DNA of 64,000 nucleotides from Rhynchocyon petersi (Eukaryota): NCBI GenBank assembly GCA_043290085.1, contig CM091797.1, positions 22,174,880 to 22,238,879 of the forward strand, read 5' to 3'. Shown piece by piece: positions 60,894 to 64,000 of this stretch (position 1 is its first letter; each line of letters starts with the position of its first letter). The notes under the pieces were generated by a model. It saw only the letters and a program-made list of their open reading frames with translations, ran no database searches and was not told where the DNA came from. The position numbers and the translations under genes were made by a program.

Positions 60894-62210
60894 AAGACTA
60901 ACATACACTGCTGCACTCCCCTAGCAAATCCTCAATAATTCTCAATTATGTCTTAATAATGGCGCTCTGCATATGCCCCATTTCCCAATAAAATTCAAAC
61001 GAAATATTATTCATATATAACTGTCCATTATTTCTTTTCAAGGGAATATACAAGATAATTCTTTCATATTTTTAAAATTTTATATTTCCCTATGTGAATT
61101 TTTCTAAGTTTGCCGATTTGTAAAGACCCAGGTTTTGAGAGAGTATGTATACATATCAGAGTAGTCTTCTATGCTATATATCTTCAGTACCTGGTAGTAG
61201 TATCCTATTAGTAGTTGATCAGATCTTCATTGGCATTTACAGTTCGCAAGTGTCACAGGTCATTGACCCACAATTCTTCTTGCAGTCTATATTTTCCGTC
61301 CTCCAGAACAGGTTCATACGAACAGGTGATCGAACAGCCATTATTAAGACATAATTGAGAATTATTGAGGATTTGCTAGGGGAGTGCAGCAGTGTATGTT
61401 AGTCTTTAGTAGGTTGTATGACAAATCAGGAAGAAGGATCGGCCATCCACTTCCAAAATAAGAGGCCTTTGGAAACCCTATGAACTAGAGTAGAACTCTT
61501 CTAGGTGTAACAGAGGGGAAAGAATATGGGGAAGTACAACAAGCACCCAATAAAGATTGGAACCTGGAATGTACGAAGCATGAATACAGGAAAGCTGGAG
61601 GTTGTAAAAAATGAAATGGAGCGGATAGGGATTGACATTCTAGGAATCAGTGAACTGAGATGGACTGGCACTGGCCACTTTGATTCAGACAATCACATGA
61701 TCTATTATTCTGGGAATGAAGAGTCAAGACAAAATGGGGTTGCATTTATTGTCAAAAAACCAATTTCAAAGTCAATCTTGAAGTACAGTGCTGTGAATGA
61801 CAGAATATTAAGCATACGCATACAAGGAAAGCCTGTCAATACAACCATAATCCAAGTGTATGCACCCACAACTAAGGCCAGAAATGAAGAAATTGAGGAA
61901 TTCTACCAACTCCTGCAGGCTGAAGTCGACCAAACCTGCAATCAAGATGCACTACTCATAATTGGCGACTGGAATGCAAAAGTTGGAAATAAAGAGGAAG
62001 GAATGGTAGTTGGAAAGTATGGGCTTGGTGATAGAAATGAAGCTGGAGATAGAATGGTTGAATTCTGCACAATAAATGATTTATTCATTGCAAACACCTT
62101 CTTCAAAAGGCACAAACGTAGATTATACACTTGGAAAGCACCTGATGGGCTGCACAGGAACCAGATTGACTATATATGTGGAAGGCACAGGTGGAGAAGC
62201 TCAGTAGCAA
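60090..62210. repeat. Head-to-head inverted repeat of the RTE 5' region (arm A 60090-60963 on the minus-strand element, arm B 61339-62210 plus strand) around a 375-bp spacer
   Basis: Identical translated ORFs on opposite strands: 60170-60358(+) = 61942-62130(-), and 60608-60799(+) = 61501-61692(-). ORF 61526-62224(+) equals the first 228 aa of the 949-aa ORF. rc(61339-61383) = 60919-60963 exactly. Confidence 0.8.
60964..61338 (-). other. Spacer: inverted copy (~93-95% similar) of the provirus internal 3' end (ERV 56110-56486), ending exactly at the PPT/LTR junction and lacking the LTR
   Basis: rc of 60964-61338 aligns with '...ggatcacctgttcgtatgaacc...gaaaagaaataatggacagtta...tttgaattttattgggaaagggggcatatg'. 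Diverges where the LTR would begin. Confidence 0.75.
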
Positions 62211-62214
62211 AGGC

Positions 62215-62345
62215 ATGTTATTAGGAATGACCAAATGCTGAAGAAGGGCACCCTGCATAGAAAAGCAGGCCCTTATAGAGATGGTTTGACACACTGACTA
62301 CAGCAATGGGCTAAGCTCAGCAGAGATTTTATGGATGGCCTAGAA
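62215..62345 (+). mobile_element. Old RTE tail fragment following arm B
   Basis: Reading '...KSRPL.RWFDTLTTAMG' resembles the RTE C-terminus 'RGRPPTRWLDAVTAAMG'. It joins arm B at the equivalent of ORF residue 228. Confidence 0.45.
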
Positions 62346-62346
62346 C

Positions 62347-62524
62347 TGCGCGTGTACCGTCGAGTCGTGAACGACTCATAGTGACCCTCCCGAGGGTTTC
62401 CGGAGACGGTATCTCACACAGAAGTAGAAACCACTCTTTCTCCCGCGGAGCAGCTGGCAGGTTTGAACCGCATGCCTTTGGGCTTGCAGCGTAGCTCTTT
62501 CACCACTAGGCCATACCAGCTGCG
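62347..62524 (-). mobile_element. tRNA-derived SINE, type A
   Basis: 'gtgtaccgtcgagtcgtgaacgactcatagtgaccctccc...ccactaggccataccagc'. Confidence 0.8.
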
Positions 62525-62639
62525 CAGTTTCATGATGTTGTTCACTTGTACCTAAAGCCTGTGACTCAGCCCACACTCATCAACAGCAAACAACGACGGG
62601 AAATCGGCTGGCTGGCTGTGGGTTTGGGTTTGGTTGTAG

Positions 62640-63000
62640 GGACACTAACGTGTCTGAAAGATGGACAATGAATAAGGATAATAAAAGAAGAATTGATGCC
62701 TTTGAGCTGTGGTGTTAGAGAAGAGTGCTCAATATCCCATGGATGGCCAAAAGAACAACTAATGGGCCCTGGAGTCCAACCAGAATGCTCCAAGGATGGT
62801 GAAACTTCGGCTCACATACTTTGGACATGTCGTTAGGAGAGGCCAGTCCCTGGAAAGGGACATCATGCTTGGAAAGGTGGAGCGTCAGAGAAGAGGCAGA
62901 CCTACAACTAGATAGATGGACACAGTGACTGCAGCGATGGGTTCAAGTGTGTCAGGGATGGGGAGGATGGCGAAGGATGGAGTGATTTTCAGCTCTGCTA
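62640..63000 (+). mobile_element. Old RTE tail fragment
   Basis: '...KRIDAFELWC.RRVLNIPWMAKRTTNGPWSPTRMLQGW.NFGSHTLDMSLGEASPWKGTSCLERW' diverged RTE C-terminus. Confidence 0.5.
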
Positions 63001-63009
63001 TTCATAGGG

Positions 63010-63935
63010 TTCTCTAAACACCAGCCGGGAGCCCAGGTTGCATCCTGTCTCCATACCTATTCAACCTGTATGCAGAGCAGATTATCCGGGAGGCGGGACT
63101 CTACGAGGAGGAGCGTGGAATTAGAATTGGAGGAAGATGCATCAACAACTTGCGATACGCAGATGACACAACCTTGCTTGCTGAGAGTGAAGATGACTTG
63201 AAGGCTCTGCTGCATAAAATTAAGGAGTGCAGCCTACAGTATGGATTGAAGCTGAATCTCAGGAAAACCAAGATCCTTGCTACTGGGCCAATAGGGGATG
63301 TCATAGTGGATGGGGAGAGGATTGAAAATGTCAAGGATTTCATACTGCTTGGATCCACAGTCAACACCCTTGGCACTAGCAGCCAGGAGGTCAGGAGACG
63401 TATCACATTGGCAAAGGCTGCAGTTAGAGACCTCGCCAAGGTCCTGAGGAGTAAGGGTATCAGTTTGAAGACAAAGGTGCGTCTGATCCAAACTATGGTC
63501 TTCTCAATCACTACCCATGCATCCGAGAGTTGGACAATGACTAAGGACGACAGACGAAGAATTGATGCCTTTGAGCTGTGGTGTTGGAGAAGAGTTCTCA
63601 ATATCCCATGGATGGCCAAGAAAACGAATAAGTATGTTCTGGAGAGGATCCAGCCGGAGTGCTCCCTGGAGGCAAGGGTGGTGAAGCTCCGCCTCACGTA
63701 TTTCGGACATGTTGCCAGGAGAGACCGGTCCCTGGAGAGGGACATCATGTTTGGAAAGGTGGAAGGTAGGAGAGGAAGGGGTAGACCCTCGACTAGATGG
63801 ATGGATACGGTTGCTGCAGTGATGGGCGTGCGTGTGTCGAAGATGGTGAGGATGGCTCAGGATAGGGCGCAATTCAGGTCTGCTGTTCATGGGGTCGCTA
63901 TGAGTCGTCTTCGACTCGACGGCACATAACAACAA
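63010..63935 (+). mobile_element. RTE/BovB 3' fragment with an open 259-aa C-terminal ORF (63150-63929) and an (AAC)n tail, followed by another tail remnant (63936-64000)
   Basis: 'RYADDTTLLAESEDDLKALL...FELWCWRRVLNIPWMAKKTNKYVLERIQPECSLEARVVKLRLTYFGHVARRDRSLE...HGVAMSRLRLDGT', then 'cataacaacaacaacaa'. Confidence 0.85.
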
Positions 63936-64000
63936 CAACAATTCATAGGGTTGCTATGAAGTGTACTCGACTCGCTGGCACCTAACAAGAACAACAACAA

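Noticed and set aside
63101..63941. 215-aa and 145-aa minus-strand ORFs
   Set aside because: They are antisense to the plus-strand RTE C-terminal ORF 63150-63929.
1..64000. A prokaryotic-style novel system (operon, defence island, CRISPR)
   Set aside because: The sequence is mammalian-type. It has L1, RTE and SINE content, introns and splice signals, CpG depletion outside one island, an A-rich LINE tail, and no Shine-Dalgarno or operon structure. All large ORFs are TE proteins.

Overview
This 64-kb window is mammalian nuclear DNA, not prokaryotic, and about three quarters of it is interspersed repeats. I found no operon, CRISPR array, rRNA gene or intact tRNA gene. The repeat types are tRNA-derived SINEs that share their 3' tail with an RTE/BovB-type LINE, which suggests an afrotherian (elephant/manatee-like) genome, but no search was possible. 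Main content, left to right: (1) several RTE/BovB fragments in both orientations, with (AAC)n tails. (2) A full-length but decayed L1 (6421-12728) inserted into an older L1 3' fragment, with a target-site duplication (TSD). (3) A near full-length decayed RTE (15373-18415). (4) Two candidate host exons on the minus strand (~20.8-21.9 kb). (5) An RTE interrupted by a solo LTR. (6) A CpG-island promoter (~37.8-38.3 kb) with GC boxes, ETS motifs and a ZNF143-like motif. (7) A second full-length L1 (41601-47737) with intact ORF1 and an ORF2 broken by a single TAA. (8) A young, env-less betaretrovirus-like provirus (48867-56796) with gag, dUTPase-protease and pol in successive -1 frames, recognisable slippery heptamers, 310-bp near-identical LTRs and a 6-bp TSD. 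(9) A full-length RTE with an intact 949-aa endonuclease-RT ORF (57906-60893). (10) A head-to-head inverted repeat of the RTE 5' region around a 375-bp spacer that derives from the provirus family's internal 3' end. The most notable items are the possibly still-mobile provirus, the intact RTE and near-intact L1, the inverted structure, and the promoter with candidate exons. Most six-frame ORF calls are TE ORFs, antisense TE reading frames, or low-complexity artefacts.
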